A DNA stretch of 63,776 nt, filler included, from Malassezia furfur (taxonomy: Eukaryota), in assembly GCA_052055015.1 (NCBI GenBank). It is 2 parts of 2 records of this genome, joined end to end, with 100 filler letters (N's around TTAATTAATTAA, not from the genome) between each part and the next. Parts side by side here need not be neighbours in the genome. Positions count along the whole stretch, not along the records: positions 1 to 31,855 come from JBQJIT010000090.1; 1 more part is not named here. One strand, given 5' to 3'. This document shows, in pieces, positions 9,491 through 19,890 of this stretch. The notes beneath the pieces were generated by a model. It saw only the letters and a program-made list of their open reading frames with translations. It searched no databases and was not told the DNA's origin. A program made the position numbers and the translations under genes. The stretch's first letter is position 1. Every line of letters starts with the position of its first letter.

Positions 9491-10765
9491 TTATCCCCTC
9501 TTCTCATAATGCTTCTGGTTCTGGTGCCACTCCTTAGGACGCCAGCCCATTTCCACCTCGTAATCGTTGAACAATGCAGACCGGCCAACCTTACTGCTGA
9601 AAATCTTGGCTGCGTTATGCGACGCATCTTCCACGATGGCGAGACGGGTGTTGATCTTTCCTTCCCTCATTGCCGAGCTCCAATCCGGGAGATCACTGAA
9701 ATTTCCAGGGAAACCAGCAAGGTTCGCCCCAGTACGCGACAAAAGATTGATGTACCGCCACCAACTGAGGTTGCGGTCGCGACGTTTATGACCGCCTTGC
9801 AGAACGGCCATGCACGATTGGTCACCGTGGTTGGTATCAACGTCCTGGAGTCCGATGATGTTGACGACATCACGGCTCAAATAACGTCCGAAATAGTCTT
9901 GCGGAGTGACTTTCGAATCGAGTGTACCGGGGAACTCGTGGAAACCATAGCGCCAGGTGTTGTATCCATTGCAGTCATTGATGTCCGCAATCGCAGTGTT
10001 GGTAACCGGGCGATGGTACGTGAAATAGGCTGAACTGCTCGGGTCCCCCACAATGTAACGAACGTAAATGTCCTTGTTGGTTACATCCTTGCCGGTGGCA
10101 GCATAACGGTTCATGAGTTGTCCACCGCCGCCATGGCCGACCAAGGTAATGTTCTTCAGGTTCGGGAATTCCGACTTGTTGGAAAAGTGATCAAGGAATG
10201 CATCCAGTGCATCCATGGAGGTCAAGTTGGTTCCCTTGGGGTGCGTGGCGATAGCGCCAGCGATCCATGCATTACCACCGCCCCAAGCGAGCGTCTCGTT
10301 GTCGTACTGGCCCTTGTTGAGCTTGGTCGAGTACATCTCGGGCGCAACGACAACCACCTCTTTGGAGGAACTGAATGCGTTGCTCTTCCTCGCAGATTCC
10401 ACCGCATCGTTCATGATGGTCCAATAGTGATCACCGTTGCGATAACGGCCGTGCATCATGATAAACGCGTGCTCTACCTTCTGGTTGTTCACATTGAGAC
10501 TCCAGTATGCCGCAATCTTCTCCCCCGAGTTTCCAACAGGAAGTGTGAGTAGTTGCGAACCGCTCGGCACATTAGGCGTGCCATGGTGTTCACCTTCATG
10601 TTCGCCCACATGGTGTTTGGCCTGGATGCGCGACAGGATGTCCATGTGACCGTCATCGCGCGCTCCCAACGGGGTCCTCATATGCATGGAGCCCTCGGCG
10701 CATCCTAGCAGGAAACTCACCAAGAACGCCAGGGACAGCCACACTGCGTTCCGCTGGACAAACAT
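9491..10765 (-). CDS. Secreted alpha/beta-hydrolase-fold protein, paralog 3
   Basis: ATG at 10765 (MFVQRNAVWLSLAFLVSFLLGCAEG, signal-like). GHGGGGQLMNRYA; colinear with the other two copies. Confidence 0.8.
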   Translation of the reverse strand: MFVQRNAVWLSLAFLVSFLLGCAEGSMHMRTPLGARDDGHMDILSRIQAKHHVGEHEGEHHGTPNVPSGSQLLTLPVGNSGEKIAAYWSLNVNNQKVEHAFIMMHGRYRNGDHYWTIMNDAVESARKSNAFSSSKEVVVVAPEMYSTKLNKGQYDNETLAWGGGNAWIAGAIATHPKGTNLTSMDALDAFLDHFSNKSEFPNLKNITLVGHGGGGQLMNRYAATGKDVTNKDIYVRYIVGDPSSSAYFTYHRPVTNTAIADINDCNGYNTWRYGFHEFPGTLDSKVTPQDYFGRYLSRDVVNIIGLQDVDTNHGDQSCMAVLQGGHKRRDRNLSWWRYINLLSRTGANLAGFPGNFSDLPDWSSAMREGKINTRLAIVEDASHNAAKIFSSKVGRSALFNDYEVEMGWRPKEWHQNQKHYEKRG

Positions 10766-11025
10766 CGGGGAGAGTCGTTGTGAGGATGAAGCTCGTTGAT
10801 ACACTCCGCCCCACCACGAGTATTTCGCACGCGACACTTACGCGAATGGGCGCAACCATTTTCGTACTCCCACTGCCCTACATTCCAGTCGTCCCACAGG
10901 TCCTATACCTGCTTAACGCCGTCAAGAAAACGCGCAGGTGGCCCTGACATATGCAGCATTACGTGATTGGCTATACATTGTCCTATTGGGACAAATTCCA
11001 ATGAAATCGGCATCAAATATGCAGT

Positions 11026-12386
11026 CTACGCATTTTCGGCAAGGGGCCCTGTGTCTGCCCAGCTGACGAAAGATTCGGTAATTTGCGCATCGGCGATCGC
11101 ATAGCGGGGTAGTTTGACAATCGGTTTGGGATCCAGGTCCACCCATCGGAGTTTGGCTTCAGGCTCCAAATGCAAGAAAAAACTCGCATCTTTCAATGTT
11201 GCGCTCAGCAGATGTGAAACAATCACATGGCGTAGGTCCTGGACAGATTTTATTTCTCGTGGAGAATCATAGATGGCTCGCTCAAATTCTTTCACAGTAG
11301 GCGGTGCGAGTAGGGTCGCTGCCAAGCCGGAAGGCTCTGTGGAGGCATAGTCGGTTAACGGATGCCCTTCGATGCGTTGCCAAGCATCAGCGATACATTC
11401 GATTCCAAGAAAATCCAATCTTGCTTGTTGTTGCACCATACGAGATAATGCATGGTGGTTGAAAGAATTTGTCAGGCAAGGGTATATGGACGCAGCCAAG
11501 GCAGTGCAAAGTGACTTGGTATCAGAATCTGTTGCACCTGTCTTATCCCGAAGGAACTCTGCATCCCATATTAGAAATAAGCACTTACCCCAGGGAGGAA
11601 TAGTTGTTTTCCACGACACCAAATATGCAAGTTATTTGCCCTGTTCTGAGCCCAGTCCTCGCACAAGGCGCGCAGGGCACGTTGAGTTCGTTTCGGATCA
11701 CCACTGTAGAAATCCAATGGATCATAAAAAGAATCAAATTCAGCTTGCGTAAGAGTTGGTGATTCATTGAACGCTTCTGTCCCCTGCTTCCTGTTACTTC
11801 TTGAGGCTTTGTGAACTCGTTGCATACGGTAGCGGGAGTGCTGATGCTTATGGGGATGGGCGGTAGGGCCTTGGTGCAAGTAACCGCATTTAGGCTTTTG
11901 TCAGTACGTCAAACCACGCACTTTTATTTCAACAACCAACTGTGCTTCTTGGGTGCATGTACTGCTCAAGTCTTGTGTTGCCCAAATACAAATAGGCTGC
12001 AAATCCATAGCGCTCGATTTCCGGCGATCTGGAGGCCGCATAGGCTCACATTTGATAGACATGCCCTTCAAGAATTTGCAAACGTTTTCATCACAGGGTA
12101 TACGGCATAGTGTGGGAAGTGAGTCCGATCCAAGCAATTTTGTCAACACGTTCTCAATGTAGACATCATTGGGAAGTGTTGAGCCCTGCGGCTGTTTAAA
12201 TTGCACCTTGGGTATCCTCAGGGCTACCTGTTTTGCACCACCGTCACAAACGAAAGGACCAGAAGCTGGCCCGACATATCGAAGTACAATATTCGCGGCA
12301 CCCTCTGCCAAATAGGCCCAATGCTCTTCAACGAATGTCACATCTGGAGCCAGACGCATCGGAGGCAAGGGCCATGATGTCATCAT
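11026..12386 (-). CDS. IPK1: Inositol-pentakisphosphate 2-kinase
   Basis: WAYLAEGAANIV, VEIK|PKCG (27-nt intron 11895-11921), PLDFYSG, LLSATLKDAS and VDLDPKP. The second intron is ~11557-11588 and needs a GAG acceptor to keep frame. Confidence 0.85.
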
Positions 12387-12430
12387 GTCGGGGACATAAG
12401 CGAGGACCTGGCTCGACCGCATACTTGTTT

Positions 12431-12436
12431 CACGTG
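12431..12436. promoter_or_regulatory. CACGTG E-box in the IPK1/MAPEG divergent promoter
   Basis: TCACGTG near the middle of a 103-bp ATG-to-ATG gap. Confidence 0.55.
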
Positions 12437-12489
12437 CAAGGTCTCTGCCTGCCAATGGCCCCACATTTTGTTGGCCTTTACCGACCACC

Positions 12490-13057
12490 ATGTCTTCGAT
12501 TCAGAATGTATTTGCCTCTGGTGCTCCCAACTACTCTCTATACTCTTTCCCTATCGTACTACTGTGCTGCATGCTCCGTACGTTTCTTACTGAATGAAAA
12601 TCTGACTCCAGCGCACTGGTACACCATTTATCTTGTGCACAAGCACAAAATTGGATCAGGCTGGCCGAACGAGAGCCCGCGTTCTTTTGTGATCCAGCTT
12701 GCTGCTCGTCCTGCAGTTGGGGACAAGAAGCTGCGGCATACCCCTGTTGAAAAGACGATTCTTCGTTGCCAGGCGTGCCAGTCGAACGGATTCGAAAATC
12801 TATCGCTCTATGCTGCTACTTTGGTACGTGATGCATATTGACGAAAGGTATGCGGTATTGCCTCAGGCGTGTCTGGTGCTAAGATGAATGCACTTGCTAC
12901 CATCTATGTTGTCAGTCGGATCATCTTCACGGTGACTTATGTCATGGTTTCTTCGCGTCCTCTCTCTCTTCTGCGCTCCATCTCTTTCATGTTCCAGATG
13001 TTCGTTTATGTCACCGTGTTTATTACCTCCGCTGGCCTGGTTGCCGCTTCTTCGTAA
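12490..13057 (+). CDS. MAPEG-family membrane protein
   Basis: Exons 12490-12577, 12612-12823 and 12848-13057 (introns of 34 and 24 nt). NYSLYS.P, N.SPR, R..A...NGFENL.LYAA and YVVSRI.F...Y match fungal MAPEG proteins. Confidence 0.75.
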
Positions 13058-13143
13058 GAATGCAACCTTCATAGATGTGTTTCGGTTTTCCGACCTTTCC
13101 CATATCATGTGGAGTAACTCAATTTTTTTTAGAAACATTCACG

Positions 13144-13759
13144 ATGGGTGGGAAAAAAGTAGGTGGGGCTACTGACGCAGCACACGTCCAAGACGTTGAT
13201 GGAGAAGTCCTCTGTGCACCCTAATTCGAGGCATGCATTCCAGAGGTCACGGATTGCTTTGAGGAAGCGCCGCCTGGACGAGGCAAAAGGCGTGCGTGAG
13301 CGTGCAAGAAATGCGAAAGGTACGTCGCTCCACTGACGCAGTCGATCGCATCATGTCGTTTGTCTTGTTACTTTCCGAGGACAAGTCACACCTTCCGGAT
13401 TTGAACTCGCTTCATGATTTCATCAATACTTTCTATTTGGGGAGACACAATCTTGAACTCGAGACACTCCGATCTGAGCAACGGCCAGGGCGGCCCAAGA
13501 GCAAACGGCTTCTCGAACTTGAAGAGACCGCTGAAAAAGAGAAGCGCGAATACCGCGAGGGCATCGAAGTGCCTGATTTGACGAACGAAACCAATGTTAC
13601 CATTCTGCGCGAATGGCAAGGGGATCCCCAGGCGCTGCACCTGTTCCGTTTTGTTCGGGTGAGCTCTGTGGACCGGTACGTTGATCAATGACTAACTGTA
13701 GTGATATGTGCGTTGTGACTCAGGCCGGATCGCACAAGCTACTGCAGGAGACGCAGTAA
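13144..13759 (+). CDS. TMA16: Translation machinery-associated protein 16
   Basis: Introns 13159-13180 (22 nt), 13320-13341 (22) and 13676-13701 (26) give MGGKKHTSK...HPNSRHA...RPGRPKS.R...EY..GIEVPDL...W.G. Confidence 0.8.
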
Positions 13760-13760
13760 G

Positions 13761-14907
13761 TTACAACGCAGCCTGCGCTTTGTCGGCAAGGTTCAAAACC
13801 ACTTTTCCGCCCGTGCGTTTTTCAGCATCGGCGAGAAGGCCAAGTCCCTTTTCGACATGCTCCAACCCATCCAGTACAGTGTCGATGCAAGGCACAATTT
13901 GGTGCCGTTCAATGAACCGAATACTGTCTGCAAATTCTTTGGCAGACCCCAGCGTGGTGCCTGTGTGAGGTCGATGACATACCCTGTAGATCCAAGTTCG
14001 TTAGTACATCGCGCATGGTGAATGTTGTCTTGGGCACCGCTGTCATTCCGTACACAACGATACGGCCGCCATGACGGAGTCCGGCGGCGAGGGCTTGCAC
14101 ATTGATGTCGCCGCCGGCAGAGTCGATAACGACATCCAAATATGGTCGGTCCTCCGGAAGAGCTTTGCGCAGTTTCTGGGGCCAGTCTTGGTCTCGGTAC
14201 ATGACACCAGCCTTCGCGCCCAGTTCTTTGGCCCGCTCGATTTTGGCCTCCGACCCTCCGGTGACATAGACGTGTGCACCGGCTGCGACGACAAGCTGCA
14301 ATGCGAGCAGAGCAACCCCACCGCCAATTCCGGTGATGAGTACGTTTTGGCCTGCTTGGATTTTGCCTTTGGTAAAAGCAGCACGGTACGCAGTAACCGC
14401 TGCACAGGGAAGCGCCGCGCTCTGCACAGCCGAGAGGTGTTTGGGTGCCGGTACGAGTTGGGACCGGTCCACAGCGATGTATTCGGCAAATGTTCCCACC
14501 CCGCATACGGCCCGCGTGGCCCCGAGGATGCCAAAGCCCTGCCCTCCAAATTCGTTTTGCCGCACGCTGCGAGGGGCGTTGGGAAGTGCTGCTTCAGGAC
14601 CGGCTGGATCCTTTTCCCAGCCTCGCGAAGGTGTAAGGAGGTACAGCTGGGCACCTTGTTCGGGTTCGAGTGTCGCTGGGTTGACCACGATGCCGCATCC
14701 GTCACACCCGAGCGTCGAGTTCTCGTACACCAATCCGGGGTAAAGGCCCAGGGCCGACCATTCGTCGCGGCGGTTCATGCCTGCAGCAAGGATCTTGACA
14801 AGCACCATGTCGCCCTGTGGCTTAGGCATAGGTACATCACGCACGGCCACGACAAGGCGCTCGCCCTTCTTGACCCCATGGGGATTCTCCAATTGCACGG
14901 CTTTCAT
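13761..14907 (-). CDS. MDR-superfamily NADPH:quinone oxidoreductase / Zn-ADH-like protein
   Basis: AAGMNRRD.W, GTFAEY, AALPCAAVTAYRA, VLITGIGGGVA and GGRIVVYGMT. A 22-nt intron at 13961-13982 joins LQG|TTLGS..EF; the protein ends GGKVVL...AAL*. Confidence 0.88.
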
Positions 14908-15002
14908 GGTACAAGGCTACGATTACAAAGCAGTGGGGAAGCGGTCCAGGGACCAACGCCGCTGCCAGATTCGGCAGGGGCTGATTAGTAGTCGTCGTTG
15001 CG

Positions 15003-18000
15003 TCAGTGGCTTGGACCACCAAACAGCGATAAAAGTACAGGGAGAACATTCAAGACATAAAAAGGCATCAAAATGAAATAGAACGCCCAAATCCAAGCAA
15101 CTTGAGTTCCAATGCTTGCCAGGGGCAGCATCATCATAGTTAAACAAACAAAAATCGTCATAATATCAACCGCTGATCGGGCCGGCAGTTCCGTGGTGCA
15201 TAGCGTGTGTACGGCACGCAATATACGCTCTTCGCGTACCGACAATTCGGAGGTTGAAAGTGGGGAGGGGGCCCTCTTGTACGCACGGACCATGCCAGCC
15301 AAGGTCGCAGTCGAGAGGGCCAGGGTTACGTTAAGTGTCTGGATCGTTGCCGTGTTCACGGGAACCTCTTTCAACATCATAATCATAGATAGCCATGCGG
15401 TAATGGTGGCAGCAGAACCGGCCGTAAGAAGGGCGAGGCGCAGGGACCAAAGCACCACACATACAATCGCAAACGATGCTGCCAGGCTCGAAAGCAGGAC
15501 CAGGATCAATCTTGCGCGGGCATGATAGCCCTCCTGCAGCGTGACAGCTTCAAGTATAACCGGTTTGTCCATGTGCTTCCTTGTATTCGAGGCCAACAGA
15601 GCATGAATGGCCGCCATCGCATCGTGTCGATCTTTGTGGGTCCGGAGGGGCGGCATGCTGGTGATCGTTTGGATTGCTGCATATATCTCCTGATTGTCAT
15701 CAGACCACCGTAGAACATCATGCAATCCAGTATTACCGTAGGGACACGCCTCCGATGGAATAAAAGTATCGTATTGTTGCATGTATTCGTAATACTCCTT
15801 TGCAGTGGGGTAGCTGGCCAGATCCACATCCCAAGACAGTGAACGGTCTTCCATACAAGGACGGCATGCCTCCTTTGGTTCGTCAGGGGCGCAAAGCTGC
15901 GAAGCATTGTTACGACGCACACGGCAGCACATGTCGTTCATTGGGTCCAGCCAAGAGGCGAATTCGCCAAACCTTGCTTCGCTTACCTCATTGAACCACG
16001 GTGAAGAGACACGCGCCCTCGCCATGATACTGTTTTGTGAATCATTCTTGCAGCCGGGCAAGTTGGCGCATAGTGTCTTTTGACTTCCGACCGATAGGAG
16101 ACGGAGATCCGACCACTTCAGTTCAGGGCCCCGCATGGCAAAGCGGTCCGACATATCCAGGTAAGAATGCAAGGGGGATGTTTTTCGCACCATTGCCTGC
16201 ATCGCCATCCCCGCTTCCAAACGGCCCCAAAGTGCGAGGGACCCGAGTAAGAGTGCCAAGGCAAGGCTCAGCACACCCGCCTGTACCTTTGTGCGTCGTA
16301 GCCACAAGTAAAAGCGCGTCTCGAGCTTAACTGTGGTAGGTTCTTCGTGAGACTCTGAGACTCCTTCTGTCCGGTACCGACGTAACACCAAACTCGTGTC
16401 GATGGCCAATACAGCGGGGATGGCCACCAGTTGCAATAAGACCAACACACCAAGGCTCATGGCGGCATGAGTAGGGACGTGACGCGTAGCTTCTCCCGTC
16501 ATAGGAAGGCACAACACCAGGGCCACCGCCAGCAACACAGTACGCAGCACTGCCATAGGCGCAACATTGCGCACCGTCTCTTGAATGATATACGGCGTGC
16601 TAAATGGCGTCAATGCTGGCGCCCGTCCATGACGAAGCTCGAGGCGCGTCGGCATGTCGCTTGCAGCGGAAACATCGGCGTCCGGGCTGAGCACTGCGTC
16701 GTCTTCGTCTGTCTGTGAGTCGCTCTCGTATTCGGATGCCTCTAGCAGCGGCTCGGATTGAAGAGCATTGCGAGCCATCTGCATCTGGTGTTCTGCTTCC
16801 CAATGGAATCGTAACAGTGTCTCCATTCCCACACCCAAGACAAGGGGCGGAACCAACGTCTGCGTCGCCCAATTGTTGGTCACATCCAACTTGCCCATGA
16901 TACCCTCGGTAAAGGCAATGGAGCAGAACGTCAGAAACAAGGAAATGACAACAAGCCCGAATCTCGACGACGTCTGGAATGCACGGCACCGCCGCAGTAA
17001 TTCAGACCGAAGCCGACGGTGCCAGTGGGTAGACGTCGATATGCCTTGGGCACTGTGCTTTGGCTGAGATCGAAAAGTGCCACAAAGCATCAGCAAGAAC
17101 GCGAACAGATAAGGAAGCATTTGCATACGCACTCCTGGACGCGTCAAGTACTGCATCTCCTTTTCCCAACTGTAAGGAGACGTTACCATCAATTGAAGCC
17201 CCAACGCACGACGTTCCTTGGAGAGTGGATGTTCAACGACATGCTGTTTGTCATTTTCATAGGATACAGCGGGTGCATGACCAGCGATCTGCTCGAGAAC
17301 GGATCCCAATGCAACATCCCAACCGTAGCTTCTTGTTGCATTGGGATGGCGTACATCCCAGTGCATGATGGCCGCACGAGCTTCGCTCGGTTTTCCATGT
17401 GCCGGAATTCCACTCAAAACATCTTTGGTCTGGATGGGGTGCAGAACCAAGGAGCGGTTTCCTGCACATCGCGCATGCTGCAGACACTCGTCCAACTCGG
17501 AGCGCCATTGCTCCGGCATATCTGGATGCCCGACGTCACGGAGTATACGCAACATGCTTGTCGGGGAGCATGAGCTTGGATCGGGTTGGCTTGCACAAAA
17601 TTCATTCCAGGTAGCGTTCGATGTGGGCAGGCGTACAGCATCCAACGCTTTTTCCACTTTGGCCCACCAGACAATCCGGTCGTAGGTCAGGACTGGTTTT
17701 GCACTCCGTACTTTTTCGTCTGAAATTGGTGCGTTCCATGAAGGCGCCTTCTTGGCTGTGGTAGCATCCATCAGGACTGCATTCGCCACAAAGATTTGCT
17801 GTCGATCGAACCGATCCAAGGCATCAGTCCAGGTCCAGTCATGGGTCATCAGCCGTGTGATACTAGTCTCCCAGCCCCGATATGAATAGAGGTGTACGCA
17901 ATATATGCAGAACACAAAGGTAACGAGAAGAAAGTAGTGTGCCAGCCTTGCACAAAGGGACCCCCATGCTGGAAAGAAGGACTCCAGTAGGTCATTTTCG

Positions 18001-18947
18001 CCCGTCAACCCATCCCACAACTTTCCCAATGCCAAGTATATGGGATGGTCTTGCCATGCCGCCATGAAACCAGACGTCTCTCCTTCGGTGCCAAAGTCTG
18101 CCTCTGTAGCATCCTGGCGATCGCCTGAAAATGAGACCGGCGGGACATTGTTTTGGGACAGACGGGGCCCGTCCTCCTCTGGATCTTCAGGAAGCTCAAT
18201 TTCGCCTCGATTCCCTCGCTTGTACTTCACAAACACCCAATACACACCGAACGCAACGAGAAGGGCCCAATACAGACTCCCCAACCCCACATCGGTACAG
18301 GACCAGCCTCCAATTCGACAAGGCGTAGGCTCGGGTGGAAATTCAATCTTGGGGCATACATCCAAGCAATTGGAACAGCCACAACGCGCATCACTCGAGG
18401 TATCCGAGCAATTCCTTAGAGTCGGAACAAAGTTTGGTGTACTGCCGTTGGTCTCAAAGGCGATCGGGAAGGGTAGGTCTTGGTGCTGGCCCAGCGCATG
18501 CACAAACCCTTGTGCATCTGTCGCAGCCCCTCCAAGGAGGTCGACGATGCGTGCATGGCGCGACCCGACCTTGACGTCTTTGCAGCTGTTGTACAATTGC
18601 TCCGTCCACGCCGAAGTGGTGAGGACGGACGCGTTCTTGATATATCCTTCCGATTCTGACACGTCCAAGAAAGTGCGCTGGTCTGGAGAACATTCCAACT
18701 GGCAAAATACATCGCGGTAGTTTTTCCAACAGGCCGGGCATTCGCCCGTCCACTGCCGTACCTGACGCAGGCGTCGCGTCAGGGCGCCAATTTGTGGTGC
18801 ATCACAGCATGCATTTCCATTCGGTGCAAAATCGGTCCCACAGATCTCTTTGAGCTCTGCATGTGCATCTGCATCGAGCCGAACGGGTTTTGTGTCAGCA
18901 TGTCTTGGCACCCCGCGCTCGTACCGCACGCGGCATCCGTGCGCCAT
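15003..18947 (-). CDS. NCR1: Divergent Niemann-Pick C1 / Ncr1 sterol transporter-like protein
   Basis: NPC1-N Cys pattern (ACCD..Q, CPACW.N...FC...CSPDQ..F, LYNSCKDV, C.C.NC...CP), an SSD-like TM block (SSRFGL...VPPLVLGVG), a luminal Cys loop (WLDP...CCR...C.PC) and a C-terminal TM bundle. Start uncertain (18947 or 19019). Confidence 0.8.
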   Translation of the reverse strand: MAHGCRVRYERGVPRHADTKPVRLDADAHAELKEICGTDFAPNGNACCDAPQIGALTRRLRQVRQWTGECPACWKNYRDVFCQLECSPDQRTFLDVSESEGYIKNASVLTTSAWTEQLYNSCKDVKVGSRHARIVDLLGGAATDAQGFVHALGQHQDLPFPIAFETNGSTPNFVPTLRNCSDTSSDARCGCSNCLDVCPKIEFPPEPTPCRIGGWSCTDVGLGSLYWALLVAFGVYWVFVKYKRGNRGEIELPEDPEEDGPRLSQNNVPPVSFSGDRQDATEADFGTEGETSGFMAAWQDHPIYLALGKLWDGLTGENDLLESFFPAWGSLCARLAHYFLLVTFVFCIYCVHLYSYRGWETSITRLMTHDWTWTDALDRFDRQQIFVANAVLMDATTAKKAPSWNAPISDEKVRSAKPVLTYDRIVWWAKVEKALDAVRLPTSNATWNEFCASQPDPSSCSPTSMLRILRDVGHPDMPEQWRSELDECLQHARCAGNRSLVLHPIQTKDVLSGIPAHGKPSEARAAIMHWDVRHPNATRSYGWDVALGSVLEQIAGHAPAVSYENDKQHVVEHPLSKERRALGLQLMVTSPYSWEKEMQYLTRPGVRMQMLPYLFAFLLMLCGTFRSQPKHSAQGISTSTHWHRRLRSELLRRCRAFQTSSRFGLVVISLFLTFCSIAFTEGIMGKLDVTNNWATQTLVPPLVLGVGMETLLRFHWEAEHQMQMARNALQSEPLLEASEYESDSQTDEDDAVLSPDADVSAASDMPTRLELRHGRAPALTPFSTPYIIQETVRNVAPMAVLRTVLLAVALVLCLPMTGEATRHVPTHAAMSLGVLVLLQLVAIPAVLAIDTSLVLRRYRTEGVSESHEEPTTVKLETRFYLWLRRTKVQAGVLSLALALLLGSLALWGRLEAGMAMQAMVRKTSPLHSYLDMSDRFAMRGPELKWSDLRLLSVGSQKTLCANLPGCKNDSQNSIMARARVSSPWFNEVSEARFGEFASWLDPMNDMCCRVRRNNASQLCAPDEPKEACRPCMEDRSLSWDVDLASYPTAKEYYEYMQQYDTFIPSEACPYGNTGLHDVLRWSDDNQEIYAAIQTITSMPPLRTHKDRHDAMAAIHALLASNTRKHMDKPVILEAVTLQEGYHARARLILVLLSSLAASFAIVCVVLWSLRLALLTAGSAATITAWLSMIMMLKEVPVNTATIQTLNVTLALSTATLAGMVRAYKRAPSPLSTSELSVREERILRAVHTLCTTELPARSAVDIMTIFVCLTMMMLPLASIGTQVAWIWAFYFILMPFYVLNVLPVLLSLFGGPSH

Positions 18948-18983
18948 CGTATCGGGAATGGACCGAGCGTATTGATGATCTGC

Positions 18984-18999
18984 CACGTGCCTCCACGTG
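18984..18999. promoter_or_regulatory. Tandem CACGTG E-boxes in the NCR1/TM-protein divergent promoter
   Basis: CCACGTG twice, 10 bp apart, between the ATGs at 18947 and 19041. Confidence 0.55.
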
Positions 19000-19040
19000 T
19001 ATGCAGGGCAGTGCAACATCCAAGCTTGTTGCAAACGACG

Positions 19041-19813
19041 ATGGGGCGACGTGACGGGCCGCACTTCTGTTGCTTCGTACGTTGAATCTCCTAACACAGA
19101 TCTTCCCGCTCGTTAAATTTGGCGCATACCTTCTCGTCCTGGAATCGGCATTCATGGCGCTCTGCGTCGGCATATTGGCGCTTGCGCCGCCGCCGATTGT
19201 AGGCGCCATGTCCAGTGTGCCGAGCTGGAGCAAAGACTTGGTTGCAGCGTTCGCATTTGTGGCGGCCGCATGGCAAATTGTTGGCCTTGCATCTGTGTTT
19301 ACCGACCAAAAGCCATTATATCGCCTGTACATCCGGATCAACTTCCTCGCAACGGTGGTTATCCTTATTATCACGATTGCCTTCACCGTGACTGCCGCCG
19401 CACGCCACGATGAGGCAGTCGACGCATGCTATCGCGAGTTTGAAGGTCCACTTGCACAGAACGGTCTCGGTGTGCAGTCGGTGGAAAACTCTATCTCATC
19501 GGGTCGGCACAAGGTGTGCAATATTCTGACGTGGGTGGATGTTGGTTTGATGGGCGGCCTGATCGTGCTGCTCGGCCTTACGCAGCTGTTCATGTGCTAC
19601 ATGCAGCGGAAGTATGGGCAACGCCAGCGCAACGCCATTGTCAGCTCGAAGGAGTCGTTCGGCACAGAGGGAATTCCAATGGGCAACCGATCACATCTTG
19701 GGTGGGACCCTCGTCCACGGAAACAGTATGCACCGCTCAATACACCCGCTGCATACCGCCCAACGAACGTGGGGCCCACAGGCGAAACGTTCTATGAAAC
19801 GGACCACCGGTGA
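19041..19813 (+). CDS. Four-TM fungal membrane protein of unknown function
   Basis: MGRRDGPHFCCF|IFPLVKFGAY after a 23-nt intron at 19077-19099. Four hydrophobic segments, with a Cys pair in the loop before TM4. Confidence 0.7.
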
Positions 19814-19890
19814 TTCGTGCATATGTGTATTGTATATAGGGGGATTACATCAACTTTTGTGCATTCAAACACAGTAGATCTACCTAGGAT

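Noticed and set aside
8989..13143. Active centromere at the lowest-GC part of the window
   Set aside because: There is no gene-free, very AT-rich core, and the region is filled with intact genes.
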